Of a stretch of DNA of 64,000 bases, positions 43,412 through 54,225 are shown in pieces (the first letter of the stretch is position 1; every line of letters begins with the position of its first letter). The notes beneath the pieces were generated by a model. That model made no database searches. It saw only the letters and a program-made list of their open reading frames with translations, and had not been told where the DNA came from. The stretch comes from a virus. Its lineage: Duplodnaviria; Caudoviricetes. The position numbers were made by a program, and so were the translations under genes. The stretch lies in the IMG/VR virus record IMGVR_UViG_3300033273_000833, positions 139,068-203,067 of that record; one strand, 5' to 3'.

Positions 43412-46400
43412 TTATTTATTATTTTTCTGCAAGACTCCACCTAATCTTTGTTGATCTGTTAAAATTTTAATAACAGCTTCTTCAATTTGTTTGGCTATAC
43501 TATCTGCCTTGCCGTCAACGCTTCTGTTTACGCCGTTAGCTGTTTGCATATCATCGCTACCGCCTTCATATGTTGAGTTAGAGTTGCCTTTATTGTCAAC
43601 TGTAACATTGATGTTAATATTACCTACGCCACCCCCAGAACCTCCACTGGACGTTTTAAATCCTCCGCCTCCTCCTGATGGTTTAGATTGTACAGCTAAT
43701 AATATTTGTGATAATAAATCATTTTGTATTGTAGCTTGATCTACAAAATTAGAATTGTTTGAAATATTTGATACATTAGAAGAATTTTTTATGGATGATG
43801 AACTTGAGCTGGATGAATTATTTATTTCAGTAGATTCAGATGTTTGGCGTTTATCAATTATATTTTGTACGCTATTAGATATCTCTTGAGAGATAGTAGT
43901 ATTTTGATTTTTAATTTCTTCTAAAATTGATTGTAATATAGCAGATTGGTTTGTGTTGGGGTCAGAAGCTTCTCCTGTAGTTACGTTATTGGTAGTTTTT
44001 GATTCTATCGTCTCTTTTAATGTTTGAGTTTCGCTGCGAGTTGACTCCGCAGTCTCTCCCTGCATTATTAAAGTGTCTAGTATTTGCTGCAATAATTCTG
44101 ATTGAGAGTCTATGTTGCTGCCTGCAGGCATTGATATGTTTTTGCCTACAACCCCACCTCTGTTTAACCTTTGAGCATTGATACTGTTGAAGAAAGATAG
44201 TCCATGTTTTTTGACTGCATCTTTATTGATGACAAATTCTCCTCCAGTCAAGAGTGTTGGGACATTTTTATCTGCTTCTCCACTTGGTCTAGTAACTTTG
44301 CCCCCAACGGCAAAACCAGTTAATCTTCGTTGGACGTTATTAATTACTCCTGTAGCTCCAGATTTTGTTTTAGTTTCTGCTAAACCAGCTGCATTATTAG
44401 ATAGTGGTGCCATATTTTGACCTAGCATAGCTGTTCCAGCTGAAGTGTTCCAGGAGGTGTTTTGCGAAGAAATTATACCTCCCACTGTCCCACCGCCGCC
44501 AATATCTTGAGCAAAGTTTGGAGTCTGAAATCCACCAAAGAAACCAGAGCTTTGAGAGGCTATACCTAGTGAATTTACTTGGAAGCCAGAACCTGCAAAT
44601 CTAGAATTGGCTGCATTACCCCCTCTTGAGAATAAATTTTTAGTAAAACTGGTTGAGCCTCTTGTAGAACCTCCTGGGTTTTGACCTCCTCCAGTAAACG
44701 CTACATAAGCCTGAGGGTTACTAATTCCGTTCATTGCAAAACGAGAACTAGCCTTGGCCATGTTTGGCATTCCTCCTGACATATAAACGTCTCCAGCATT
44801 AATGCCCATCTCACTCATTACGGCTCCAGAGTGTTTTTGAAAAGTTTCTGGTCTTAAGGGGCCTGTTGGTACGTTTGCCTCAGCTCTTACTCCTTGTTCT
44901 AAGCCCATTGTGTTTGATGCTTTTGCTATTTGGGTACTTTGAACTGCGCTCTGTATTTGAGACATCCCAAAACTAATTGCTGCGCCTATTAAGGCTTGTT
45001 TTATGGCATTTTTAATAGCCTTTCTTCGCTGCTCTCTATATTTTCTTAAAGCTTCAACATTTCTATCGTAAGCGCCAACTGCATCAAGAGCTTGCTGTTT
45101 AGCTTGCATAACCTCATCAGCAACGGGACCGCTAATTAAACCAAGTCCAGATAATTTAGCGCTTTCATCTTCGAGCTGCATATTTATTCCACGACCAGGT
45201 ATAGCTTGGCCATAATCATCGACAGCTCCTGTAGAAGAAATCACATCTCTAGCTCCTGAGGTTCCTGTTTGTCTGGCAAATGACATTAAGTTATCTCTAC
45301 CTTCAATGTTACCCGCTTCAAAAGTTCCTGCTTGACCAAAAGATGATACTAAAAATCCGCCTTCACCAGTTTGAGCCTCTAATTCTCTTGTAGGATCTGC
45401 AGGCCCAACTGTACCCCCTTGGTTTCTTTGCTTAACTGTGCCTGAGTTGATGGCTGTTAAAAAATCTTTTCCATATTTATTGACTGCAGATTTACGAATA
45501 ACATATTCTCCACTATTCAACATTGCTGGAACGTCATCTTTTGTACCGCTACCTCCGTAAACTTCACCCCCGTCACTTCTTCTCACTACTCCTCCTTTAG
45601 AAAATAATTTAAAACTATTACCCATTGTAGCTCCTATTCCAGTGTTAATGGCTCCTAGAATTTGATCGGCTAATCTTCTTTGTATGGCTTGGTTTAAAGT
45701 ATTTAAAAAAGATAGAGCGACATCTTGGAATGCATCCCCCCAGGATTTTATTCCTGCTCCAGCTTCAGTTAGAGCTTTTGCCATATTGTCGGCGAATGTT
45801 CTTGGCAAATCTCTGCCTAGGGTTTCGTAAAATGTCGTTTCGCTAGTTTTTACGGCACTATCATTTAAGGCAACCCCTGAAAGGAAAGCCTCTCTTTTTC
45901 CCATTGGAGTGAAGCCTCCTGCCTGCATAGATGCTCTAGCTGTAGGACTAGATATGTCATACTGTTTTTGTAGGTCTAGCATTCCTCGTGCATAACCAGT
46001 TGAGTCTCCTTTTAGCTGCATTTTCCTCAAACTCTCTACAGTATTTTCTGTTTCATTCTTAAGTTTTGAAAAAACGTTGGTACTTTTTCTGATGTTTTCT
46101 CTTTCTTTTTCTCTGTCTAAAACTCCTTCTTTAATTATTTCCGCTTCCTTCATTTTATCTTGAGCTAATTGACTCATGTTAGTGGTCAATTGCACTGCTT
46201 GATTAGATAGATCAGGGAAATCATTAGCTAAAGAGTCAAACTTATCTTGTATTTCACCTAAAGGTAAATCGCTTAAATCTCCTGCAGCCTCAGAAAAGCC
46301 AGGGCTTGTTCCTGCAAGTTTAATAAGTTGCTGTTTTAAAAGACCTCCAACCTCTTCGTGTATTCCTTTTTGTGATTGAGATAACTCTCCTGAAGGCGGA

Positions 46401-49400
46401 AGCTTACCAAAAATTTGAGAAAGTCTATTGTTTAAATTAGCTCCTTGATTAACTTCTGTTGAATCGTTTGAAATATCTGAAAGAGGCTTATTAAAATCTA
46501 TAATTCTTTGTTGCTTGCGCAGGTTTGAAATTTCACTGTTTAGTGCAGAAATTTCACTGTCAAAATCTTCTAATGTTTTTGTGTTTTCTTTTGTAGCCTT
46601 ATCTTCAGAAATTGACTTTTGTTGTTGGTTCCAATCTGCAAAAGCTAAACTTAAATCTCCTGGTTGAGAAAAGTTTCTTTGATTTTGTGATATAGCTTTC
46701 ATTATTGGGTTTTGTCCTGAAAATTTATTTCCATAACCAAGGGCGCTAATAAAATCTACTTGAGGCAATTGTTTTTGCGCTACTTTATTTACTGTTTTAC
46801 TATTTGAGGCTAATTTTTCTTCAGCCTGTTTTGCCATTTCTAATGCAACTTTATCATTTTGCAGCTTTTTTATTTGAGACTCTTTATTTTTAATTTCATC
46901 AGATATTTCGGAGGAAGATTTACTTGGGTAAGGCCCATCTTCTGTTTTGTATGGCCCGCCTGATAGAACGTTTACTAGGTCGCGGTTTGTTTTTTCAAGA
47001 TCGTAGATAGATTTCTCTAAGGTTTTATTTGCAGATATCAATCTATCCTGGATAGCTTGGTCTTTAAGCATGTTTGTAAAGATTTTTTCTGATTCTAGAG
47101 CTATGTTGACTTTTAGATTTTTTAAATCTTCTTTAGCTAGTAAATCTTGTTTTTGCAGATTAAGTAATTCTTGAGCTCCTTCACCTACTGCAGGGAATGG
47201 AGTGTTAAACCTTCTTTCAATTGCTCCTTTGGTTCTAATATTAGATATATCTTGCTCGAATTGTTGTTTAGAAATTTCATTTAATCTCTTCTGTATTTGA
47301 GAATTTAATTGCTGCATCAGGCCAGACCTTTTTGCGTTTATAAGCTTTATTTGTTCATCTACTTCGGCTTGGTCTTTCTGTATTTGAAGATCAGCATCTA
47401 GAAGAGCGTTTTTATCTTTGTAGCCATCAATCAAGCCTCTGATTTGACTTAATAGCTCTCGACCTTCTGAAAGTGATCCTTCTAACCCAAGCAGAGTCTC
47501 TAATTTTTCGGGAGAATCTACAAGAGTCTCAACTATTTCACTGTTTGCGTTTTCAATTAAATTAGCAAATTTTTCTATGTTATCTTGAGTTGCGCCCTGT
47601 GCTCTAATTTTTTTCAAGACATCTGTTAGTAATTTTTGTCGAACAGATTCTAGGTTTTCTGATTTAGCAAGACTGTTAGCTGCTTGAGCTTGGGTTTTTT
47701 CAAATTCTGTTTCAAGCTTTATTCTGTTGCTGACGGATTGATTTAAAGATTTATATTGTAGGGCGTATTTATTTATTTCTTGTTTAATTTTTAAATTACT
47801 TCTTAGGAATTTAAAGGCTGTAGCACTTTTATTTGCTGCATCTTTAATGTTTCTTTCAAGCTGCAAAAAAGCATTAAGCGTATTTACTTCAACAACACCC
47901 GTCTCTTCCGTAATCTTTGTGGTTTTTTTGGCTTGTTCGGCTTGTTTGAGTATTTCTTCTTTAAATTTAGAAAAATTTTCATCTTTAGCTATTTTTTCAA
48001 CTATAGTTTTTAGATCATTAAACTCTTGACTTGTTTCGTCTAAACCTGTATTTAGGATACTTGTGAGTTTCGTAACGTATTTGTCTGTGATTTCATTGCC
48101 TTTATCACCTGGACCAAATACAAATTCAGGCTCCCTTGACGGGGATTCCAGGGCTTTCAGTTTTGAAATCTTATCTTGATCTGAGAAAATATCACTGAGT
48201 TGAGATATGGCTTTGTTCTGTCCTGATTTCCCTAAGACTTTAGATACTGCTTCAAGAGACTCTCTCGTGGAAAGGCCTGACGTTTTCGAAGCTTGAGCTT
48301 TTTCGAAATCTTTTATGATTTCTTTCATTCTGTTAATACTAACTGGCCCAGCCATACTTTCCATTTCGAGCTGCTCTCCAACGGTTCTATTATTGACTAA
48401 TACTCCTTGCTTAGATGTGCTTTTGATAATATCTTGCAGTTTTTTGGCTATTTCCGTGGAGCTTAACCCTTGGGTATTTTGTATTTTTTCTAGCTGACCT
48501 ATGGTATTATTTAATTCAGTTTGAATGGCTACGGATTGCTGTACGGCTTCGCTAAGTTCTTCTTGCGTTAATTCTGATTTGCCTAGTGCAGAAATTAAAC
48601 CTCCTGCTCCTCCAATTGCAGCTCCAACGGCGGAGCCTACAGCTGTACCTATTACAGGAACAATACTGCCTATAGCTCCTCCCAATAAAGCACCACTTGA
48701 CATTCCTGTTGTGATGCTTCCTGCCGCGCTACTTAAAACTCTTTGGGAACCAGTCATTGATGTCCTATCTCCACCAAAAGCTTGACTTAATCCTTGATCA
48801 ATTAGTCCTCCAGCCATTGGCAAACCTATTGTTGCGCCGAACCCTTGAGTAAAGTTTCCAAAACCTCTTACTCCTCTAGCAAAAGTTCCTTGAGATTGCT
48901 GGAAGCGATTAAGTCTGCTGCCTATCAGCCCTTCTTCCCCAAAACCAAATCTCCCAGATCTTCTTTCTAGGGGGTCATTGCCTCCTAACTTTCTTGCTGC
49001 ATCAATTTGTTTGATAGCTTCATCTGTTTCTTTTCTTGAAAAATTAAGCTGCCTCAAAGCTTCTGCTGTTTGTTCTTTTGATAAGCCTTTTTCTTTAAGC
49101 TTAGCCATTACGGTTTCTTTATTTAAACCTTTAACAACTCCAGTTTGTTGTTGAGCATATTTTTTGTGTTCAGCTACGAATTTTTCCATCTCTTGGTTTA
49201 ACTTGACTCCAGTGCTTTTTATGTTTTCAAAAGTGTCGCTAACTTTTTTGCTTGCAAATTTACTTTCATCAAAACCTGGTAATTTATTTTTGGCAAAATT
49301 TGGTACATCTTTCATGCCTCTTGGCTCATCTCTTGTATTAGTTACCGCAAGACCCATTGGGTTATTTGAGCTTTTAAGTCTATTGCTTTGATTAACTCTT

Positions 49401-52234
49401 ATTTTGGAAACGGGAACGCCAGCATCTTTTTCTCTTTGTATTGCTTCGATCAATGGGTGATCTTTTGCAAAACTCGGAATGAATCCTGATGAAGCTGTTT
49501 GTCCTATCTGAGCTAAATATTTAGCTTTATTATCGTTGAATATTTTTTTAGCCATACTGTTTACTGTAGCTAAACTGTCTGACGCTTTAAAGTCCATCCG
49601 AGACACTGTTCCTGGAATACCAAAAAGATTTCTTACTTTTTGCATTGATCCTGGGCTTTTTTTTGTATTGCTTAAATTAACATCAAAGTCTCCCCTGCCT
49701 CTTTCTGCCGACATGGCGCTATCTATGCCGTATGCTTGAGCTACTGCAGCTTCAAATGCAGCACCAACAGCAGCTCCTATCGCGCCTTTACCTCCTGGCG
49801 TTGATTCTAACTTCTTTTTAATAGTTGGAGCATTGACGCCCTTAGCTCCTGTGGGTTTTATGGCATTAGAGAATTGAGCAGAAGATTGAAAAATGCTTTG
49901 GCTAACGCTATCTTCAAGGGCGCTTTCTTGTGGGTCTGTTACATTGTCTCCAGCAGGGCTTTGTGGCCCAGCTACCAAAAGATTATTCATTGTGTAGCCA
50001 AGCTTGCCTTTAACTCCTCCAGCGCTAAACTGACCAACTTGACCTGTTATATAAGAGGGAGGACGATTGATGTTTGGAACTAATACAGCATATCCAGAGC
50101 CATCCATCATAATTCTTTGTTTGCTTTGTCTGGCAGCTTCTGCAGCAAGATCTCTATCTCCTGTGCGGCTACCTCCCATAATTCCTTCTAATTCTTCTTT
50201 AGAATAGCCACCCTCTTGAACCCATTTTGTATTTGTGGTTATTTTTGGTTTATTACTAGGATCGAATCCAGGTGAATTCACAAACGATTTAAAATCTTCC
50301 AGGTTAGAGAATTGACTGAGTGTATTTTTTCTCGCAAAATTAGGTATGAATCCTTTATTAGCGTATGGATCAAAGCCATACATTTCCATTGTTTTTTGAC
50401 GATGATTTTTACCTGCTCTAGAGTCTAGCGGCGGATTTATGAAAGGGTCTTGGAATCCTGGAACTTTTTTCACTTTTTCAGCAGTGTTGTATATAACCAT
50501 TTGCCCACTTGGCATATCCATGCTCTTGACAGAGCCTGGAGCATAACCTCCTGCAATAGCACCGTTCCTTTCTCTTTGTTTAGCATTGAAATTAGGTATG
50601 TATCCCGACGCACTTCTTCTTGCTCCGCGCTCAGGTATGATTAGACTTTCATTAGCTCCAACGTTAACAGCTACCCTCGAAAGGTGTTGAGCTAACTTAA
50701 CTTGCTCTCGTTGAGCTGCTGTCTGCTTAATAATTAAATCTAATATAACCTGCTCTTGCTGTCTTTTGGTTTGACCTTGACCTATTAAGGAGCCTACAAC
50801 TTCGTGATTGCTTCTTAATAAATTTAAAATACTTTCTTGTACGGCTTTTTGTTTTTGAGCCTCTGATGTCATGCCCATGAAATTAGCAATACTGGTTCTG
50901 GCAAACTTAGCGACATCTACGAAAAGCTTACCAACAAGACCCAAAATCAAGACTGCTCCTGGACCAGAAATCACATTACCTAACCCTTTAAGGAAACCAT
51001 TTGCAAAAGTACTACCTATCGAATCTCCGTCTAAAACGTTAGAGATTCCATCAGCTAGCCCATTTACAGCTTTTAATATTTTTTCAATTCCTGGACCGAC
51101 TGTAATTGATCCAATTTGTTCGGCTAGTTTTTGTAAACTGAGCCCTGTCTTAGTTAGTAGTGCATCTAAAGTTTTATTTAGTTGTTCATTTTTCTTTACG
51201 GCTTCATCTGTTGCGTTTGATGATATTTGAATTGCTCTAGCTGTAATGCTATTTTCTTTACCCAAGTCACGCATTGCTGCTTTCAATGTATTGATTTGAA
51301 ACATTCCACCAACTAATTGTGCAATATTGGATTGTTGTGATTGCGACAAGGTGTCGTATGTTTTAGCTAAATTTTCAAGAATTTTGATGGCTGGAATAAC
51401 ATTACCCTGCATATCCTTAACTGCTACTCCTAGCATTTCTAGCTGTTCAATGGTTTGAGGCCTTTGTATTCTTGTAAAAATTGTTTTAAACGAGTTACCA
51501 ATAACAGCGCCACCTCTAGCGGTAATTTGCTGAGCTGCTGTAATCGCGCCTATCAATTGATCAATATTCATTCCCGCATCTTGAGCAACTGCAGATGCTC
51601 TGGATAAACCGTCTATTAAGTCTTCGGAGCTAACGGCAAAAGCCATATCAACAGCGGCAAGTTTATTCATTATGTTCGCTGTAGTTAAGCCAGCTTCTCC
51701 AAAAGCATTAATTGCAGCAGTCAGACCTTTAACTGAATCAGCTGCCTTCATTCCAGTCAATCTAGTTAAAACAAGAGCGTCGCTTGTCCTCTTTAGCGTT
51801 TCTTCCATAGATAAACCTTGTCGAGCAAATTCCGTGGCGGCGCTAGCTACTGAATCAAAACTTTGTGCTGTATTTTTTGCTATTTTAAATAAACTATTAC
51901 CAAACTTATCTAAGTTCTTGGAACTAGTTCCCATAACTACATTAATGTCCGCAAGAGCTTTCTCTACTTTAATTGTCTGTACGACAAGTTGAGAAAAAGC
52001 ATTTTTAACAGAATCAATAACTGCGACTGAGGCACCAAAGGCTACAACGCGAGCATTAGAAGCTTCGATTGATTTAGTAAATTCATCGGCAGCGCCAGTT
52101 ATTCTTCCTAGCGGTTGAGTAAAAGAACGATCATCAACATTTATTTTTAAAGGCTTACGATTAAACTGATCCATAGCCTTTTGTATGGACCGCTCTAAAC
52201 CAACTTGCTCTACTGGAAGTTTAAAAGTACTCAT
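43412..52234 (-). CDS. Tail tape measure protein (2940 aa)
   Basis: TP901-type N-terminal repeats (FARQGLS...LTAAINAF...NSFKTIFTRI), TM-like Gly/Ala segments, long coiled coils, two GGxV...VPAMLxxGEYVIxKxAV modules. Confidence 0.92.
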   Translation of the reverse strand: MSTFKLPVEQVGLERSIQKAMDQFNRKPLKINVDDRSFTQPLGRITGAADEFTKSIEASNARVVAFGASVAVIDSVKNAFSQLVVQTIKVEKALADINVVMGTSSKNLDKFGNSLFKIAKNTAQSFDSVASAATEFARQGLSMEETLKRTSDALVLTRLTGMKAADSVKGLTAAINAFGEAGLTTANIMNKLAAVDMAFAVSSEDLIDGLSRASAVAQDAGMNIDQLIGAITAAQQITARGGAVIGNSFKTIFTRIQRPQTIEQLEMLGVAVKDMQGNVIPAIKILENLAKTYDTLSQSQQSNIAQLVGGMFQINTLKAAMRDLGKENSITARAIQISSNATDEAVKKNEQLNKTLDALLTKTGLSLQKLAEQIGSITVGPGIEKILKAVNGLADGISNVLDGDSIGSTFANGFLKGLGNVISGPGAVLILGLVGKLFVDVAKFARTSIANFMGMTSEAQKQKAVQESILNLLRSNHEVVGSLIGQGQTKRQQEQVILDLIIKQTAAQREQVKLAQHLSRVAVNVGANESLIIPERGARRSASGYIPNFNAKQRERNGAIAGGYAPGSVKSMDMPSGQMVIYNTAEKVKKVPGFQDPFINPPLDSRAGKNHRQKTMEMYGFDPYANKGFIPNFARKNTLSQFSNLEDFKSFVNSPGFDPSNKPKITTNTKWVQEGGYSKEELEGIMGGSRTGDRDLAAEAARQSKQRIMMDGSGYAVLVPNINRPPSYITGQVGQFSAGGVKGKLGYTMNNLLVAGPQSPAGDNVTDPQESALEDSVSQSIFQSSAQFSNAIKPTGAKGVNAPTIKKKLESTPGGKGAIGAAVGAAFEAAVAQAYGIDSAMSAERGRGDFDVNLSNTKKSPGSMQKVRNLFGIPGTVSRMDFKASDSLATVNSMAKKIFNDNKAKYLAQIGQTASSGFIPSFAKDHPLIEAIQREKDAGVPVSKIRVNQSNRLKSSNNPMGLAVTNTRDEPRGMKDVPNFAKNKLPGFDESKFASKKVSDTFENIKSTGVKLNQEMEKFVAEHKKYAQQQTGVVKGLNKETVMAKLKEKGLSKEQTAEALRQLNFSRKETDEAIKQIDAARKLGGNDPLERRSGRFGFGEEGLIGSRLNRFQQSQGTFARGVRGFGNFTQGFGATIGLPMAGGLIDQGLSQAFGGDRTSMTGSQRVLSSAAGSITTGMSSGALLGGAIGSIVPVIGTAVGSAVGAAIGGAGGLISALGKSELTQEELSEAVQQSVAIQTELNNTIGQLEKIQNTQGLSSTEIAKKLQDIIKSTSKQGVLVNNRTVGEQLEMESMAGPVSINRMKEIIKDFEKAQASKTSGLSTRESLEAVSKVLGKSGQNKAISQLSDIFSDQDKISKLKALESPSREPEFVFGPGDKGNEITDKYVTKLTSILNTGLDETSQEFNDLKTIVEKIAKDENFSKFKEEILKQAEQAKKTTKITEETGVVEVNTLNAFLQLERNIKDAANKSATAFKFLRSNLKIKQEINKYALQYKSLNQSVSNRIKLETEFEKTQAQAANSLAKSENLESVRQKLLTDVLKKIRAQGATQDNIEKFANLIENANSEIVETLVDSPEKLETLLGLEGSLSEGRELLSQIRGLIDGYKDKNALLDADLQIQKDQAEVDEQIKLINAKRSGLMQQLNSQIQKRLNEISKQQFEQDISNIRTKGAIERRFNTPFPAVGEGAQELLNLQKQDLLAKEDLKNLKVNIALESEKIFTNMLKDQAIQDRLISANKTLEKSIYDLEKTNRDLVNVLSGGPYKTEDGPYPSKSSSEISDEIKNKESQIKKLQNDKVALEMAKQAEEKLASNSKTVNKVAQKQLPQVDFISALGYGNKFSGQNPIMKAISQNQRNFSQPGDLSLAFADWNQQQKSISEDKATKENTKTLEDFDSEISALNSEISNLRKQQRIIDFNKPLSDISNDSTEVNQGANLNNRLSQIFGKLPPSGELSQSQKGIHEEVGGLLKQQLIKLAGTSPGFSEAAGDLSDLPLGEIQDKFDSLANDFPDLSNQAVQLTTNMSQLAQDKMKEAEIIKEGVLDREKERENIRKSTNVFSKLKNETENTVESLRKMQLKGDSTGYARGMLDLQKQYDISSPTARASMQAGGFTPMGKREAFLSGVALNDSAVKTSETTFYETLGRDLPRTFADNMAKALTEAGAGIKSWGDAFQDVALSFLNTLNQAIQRRLADQILGAINTGIGATMGNSFKLFSKGGVVRRSDGGEVYGGSGTKDDVPAMLNSGEYVIRKSAVNKYGKDFLTAINSGTVKQRNQGGTVGPADPTRELEAQTGEGGFLVSSFGQAGTFEAGNIEGRDNLMSFARQTGTSGARDVISSTGAVDDYGQAIPGRGINMQLEDESAKLSGLGLISGPVADEVMQAKQQALDAVGAYDRNVEALRKYREQRRKAIKNAIKQALIGAAISFGMSQIQSAVQSTQIAKASNTMGLEQGVRAEANVPTGPLRPETFQKHSGAVMSEMGINAGDVYMSGGMPNMAKASSRFAMNGISNPQAYVAFTGGGQNPGGSTRGSTSFTKNLFSRGGNAANSRFAGSGFQVNSLGIASQSSGFFGGFQTPNFAQDIGGGGTVGGIISSQNTSWNTSAGTAMLGQNMAPLSNNAAGLAETKTKSGATGVINNVQRRLTGFAVGGKVTRPSGEADKNVPTLLTGGEFVINKDAVKKHGLSFFNSINAQRLNRGGVVGKNISMPAGSNIDSQSELLQQILDTLIMQGETAESTRSETQTLKETIESKTTNNVTTGEASDPNTNQSAILQSILEEIKNQNTTISQEISNSVQNIIDKRQTSESTEINNSSSSSSSSIKNSSNVSNISNNSNFVDQATIQNDLLSQILLAVQSKPSGGGGGFKTSSGGSGGGVGNININVTVDNKGNSNSTYEGGSDDMQTANGVNRSVDGKADSIAKQIEEAVIKILTDQQRLGGVLQKNNK

Positions 52235-52258
52235 TGTTCATGAGTATTTACACTAATA

Positions 52259-53266
52259 TTATTGTTTTGGATTGGCTCCCATCAACTCAATTAAATCATT
52301 CATATCCAGCGATCCGCCTTTTTTCTTAGCTTCTTCGTATAATGAGACTTCTTTTGGGCCATTTTCTTTATCCACGCCCATATATTCATAGTCTTGCTCG
52401 GTTGCTCCGAATACAGTTGTGGCCCCTCTTTTATCCTCATCTTTTGATAATGTTTCTTTATTTTTATCAGAAGAGTTGGCGAAATCTAATAAAGCCAAAG
52501 GATCTTTCTTGATATGCTCTGGTATTTTTTCGTGTTTTTCTAAAATAGATTTAAATATTCTACTATATACTATTAACCTTATTTGATGTTGTGTTAAAAA
52601 ACAGACAGGCTTACCGTAAAATTGAGTCGAGTCTTCGCAAAAAGGCATGTATGGAAAAAAGAATTCTTCTAAGCAAATTTTTTGTATATTATATTCTGAT
52701 ATATCATTATGCCATTTATTATGTAGCGTTATTATTTCTGTTAATTCAGATCTTGATATAGAGTCGTATTGTTCTTTTGTAAATAAATGTGTTTTTAGTG
52801 ATTCGTCTTTATAAAAACATTGTAGTATGTAATAATCATTTACTCTTTCTTTCGCATATCTTTCGGCAGTTCTACCAAGGAGCTCATCCTTTTCTTCTAT
52901 CTTTTTATTTAATTCAATTTGTATATCTGATATTCTTCTGTTTTGTTCGTCTATCTGGGATTTTAAGCCTATATTTTTTTTATTTGAGATTAAGCTATCT
53001 AGGTACTTTTTCTTTTCATTTATAAAAAGTTCGTCTTCCTCTGTCCAGTCTCCGTTATCAATTAAAAGCGTTAAATTTTCTTTTTCTGTAGGAACTCCTC
53101 TGGATTTTGCCTCTTTCAGATATTCATCATGAATATCCTCAAGGTCAACTTGATCGTGAGAATTTATATGTTTTATATAAACATTGTTACCTTCGAACTT
53201 GTCTTGGGAGTATCCTCTTACAATATCTCTAAATATCTTGCGAAAAAGATTTGAACTCTCATCCAC
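52259..53266 (-). CDS. Pre-tape-measure tail assembly chaperone (second part)
   Basis: Position immediately upstream of the tape measure gene. Confidence 0.55.
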   Translation of the reverse strand: MDESSNLFRKIFRDIVRGYSQDKFEGNNVYIKHINSHDQVDLEDIHDEYLKEAKSRGVPTEKENLTLLIDNGDWTEEDELFINEKKKYLDSLISNKKNIGLKSQIDEQNRRISDIQIELNKKIEEKDELLGRTAERYAKERVNDYYILQCFYKDESLKTHLFTKEQYDSISRSELTEIITLHNKWHNDISEYNIQKICLEEFFFPYMPFCEDSTQFYGKPVCFLTQHQIRLIVYSRIFKSILEKHEKIPEHIKKDPLALLDFANSSDKNKETLSKDEDKRGATTVFGATEQDYEYMGVDKENGPKEVSLYEEAKKKGGSLDMNDLIELMGANPKQ

Positions 53267-53278
53267 CGTATTTAGAGG

Positions 53279-54217
53279 TTAAGTTTTTTTTGTAGATTTT
53301 TTACTGGCAGAAGTATTTGTTTTTGTTCTAGGTTTTGCGGCAGGAGTATCTTCTGATACTTTTTTAGCTACCTTTTCTACTTCTTTTTCTTGTTGCTTAT
53401 CTTTTGATTCAGCAGATTTAATTCCAGCTTTTTCTTGAGAGATCTCTTCACTTACTTCTTCTACGTCTTCATTTAAATTGTCGAAGTCTTCTTTGTCGGT
53501 ACTACTACTGAAAAACCAATAGCTGACAAAAGTTGTAAGTTTGTTTTTAATGTTGTTAAAAATTTCTGATTTTCCTTGCTCGTCGAAAACATAATACTGC
53601 TCTAGTTTTTCATCAGCAGAAACTCCTTCAAATAAAGGTAACAACTCTCCTTCTGACTCTTCTTCTTTAAAGTAGGTTAAATTGACCACGTACCACATAA
53701 TCGCCTTGTTTTGAGCTTTTGTATCTGCGGTATGATTAAAGAGTGCGGAATAAGCAGTTTCTAAATTGACTATACTTGTTCTTGTCTCGGTTAAATCGAT
53801 GAGTACTTGCCTAATAGTTGAAAGGTCTTGGGAGGTTTTTTTCTCCTTGCTTTGTAATCTTTGGTATTCTGTCTGTAGTTCGCCGACTCTAGCATAATGC
53901 TTATTGAGCTCAAGAGCATCATCTTCAGTCATCATTCCTCCAAGGTCTGAGTATTTTTTAGAAAGCATAGCCTTAGTTAAGATGCCTTTTTTAATACAGC
54001 GACTCATTTCGATGCTGTATTCCATATCGGCCTCTTCCATTTGCCTTCGAGTCGGCTGCTTTAAAACTATTCGATATCTAACTGGAGCTTCTACGGTTTT
54101 GGAAACCGTTACTTTTTCTGGTTCTCCCGTTTCTTTATTGAACTCTGTTTTTGTTTCAGATACTTCTTTTGTTTGTTGTACTTCTGTACTAAAGCTGTAT
54201 ATTTCTTTATTACTCAT
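53279..54217 (-). CDS. Tail assembly chaperone-like protein
   Basis: Position; VLKQPTRRQMEEAD motif; helical. Confidence 0.55.
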   Translation of the reverse strand: MSNKEIYSFSTEVQQTKEVSETKTEFNKETGEPEKVTVSKTVEAPVRYRIVLKQPTRRQMEEADMEYSIEMSRCIKKGILTKAMLSKKYSDLGGMMTEDDALELNKHYARVGELQTEYQRLQSKEKKTSQDLSTIRQVLIDLTETRTSIVNLETAYSALFNHTADTKAQNKAIMWYVVNLTYFKEEESEGELLPLFEGVSADEKLEQYYVFDEQGKSEIFNNIKNKLTTFVSYWFFSSSTDKEDFDNLNEDVEEVSEEISQEKAGIKSAESKDKQQEKEVEKVAKKVSEDTPAAKPRTKTNTSASKKSTKKT

Positions 54218-54225
54218 AATATATT

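Noticed and set aside
53279-53295. Programmed -1 frameshift at A-AAA-AAA in the tail chaperone
   Set aside because: The -1 frame reaches TGA within nine codons and does not join the downstream ORF.
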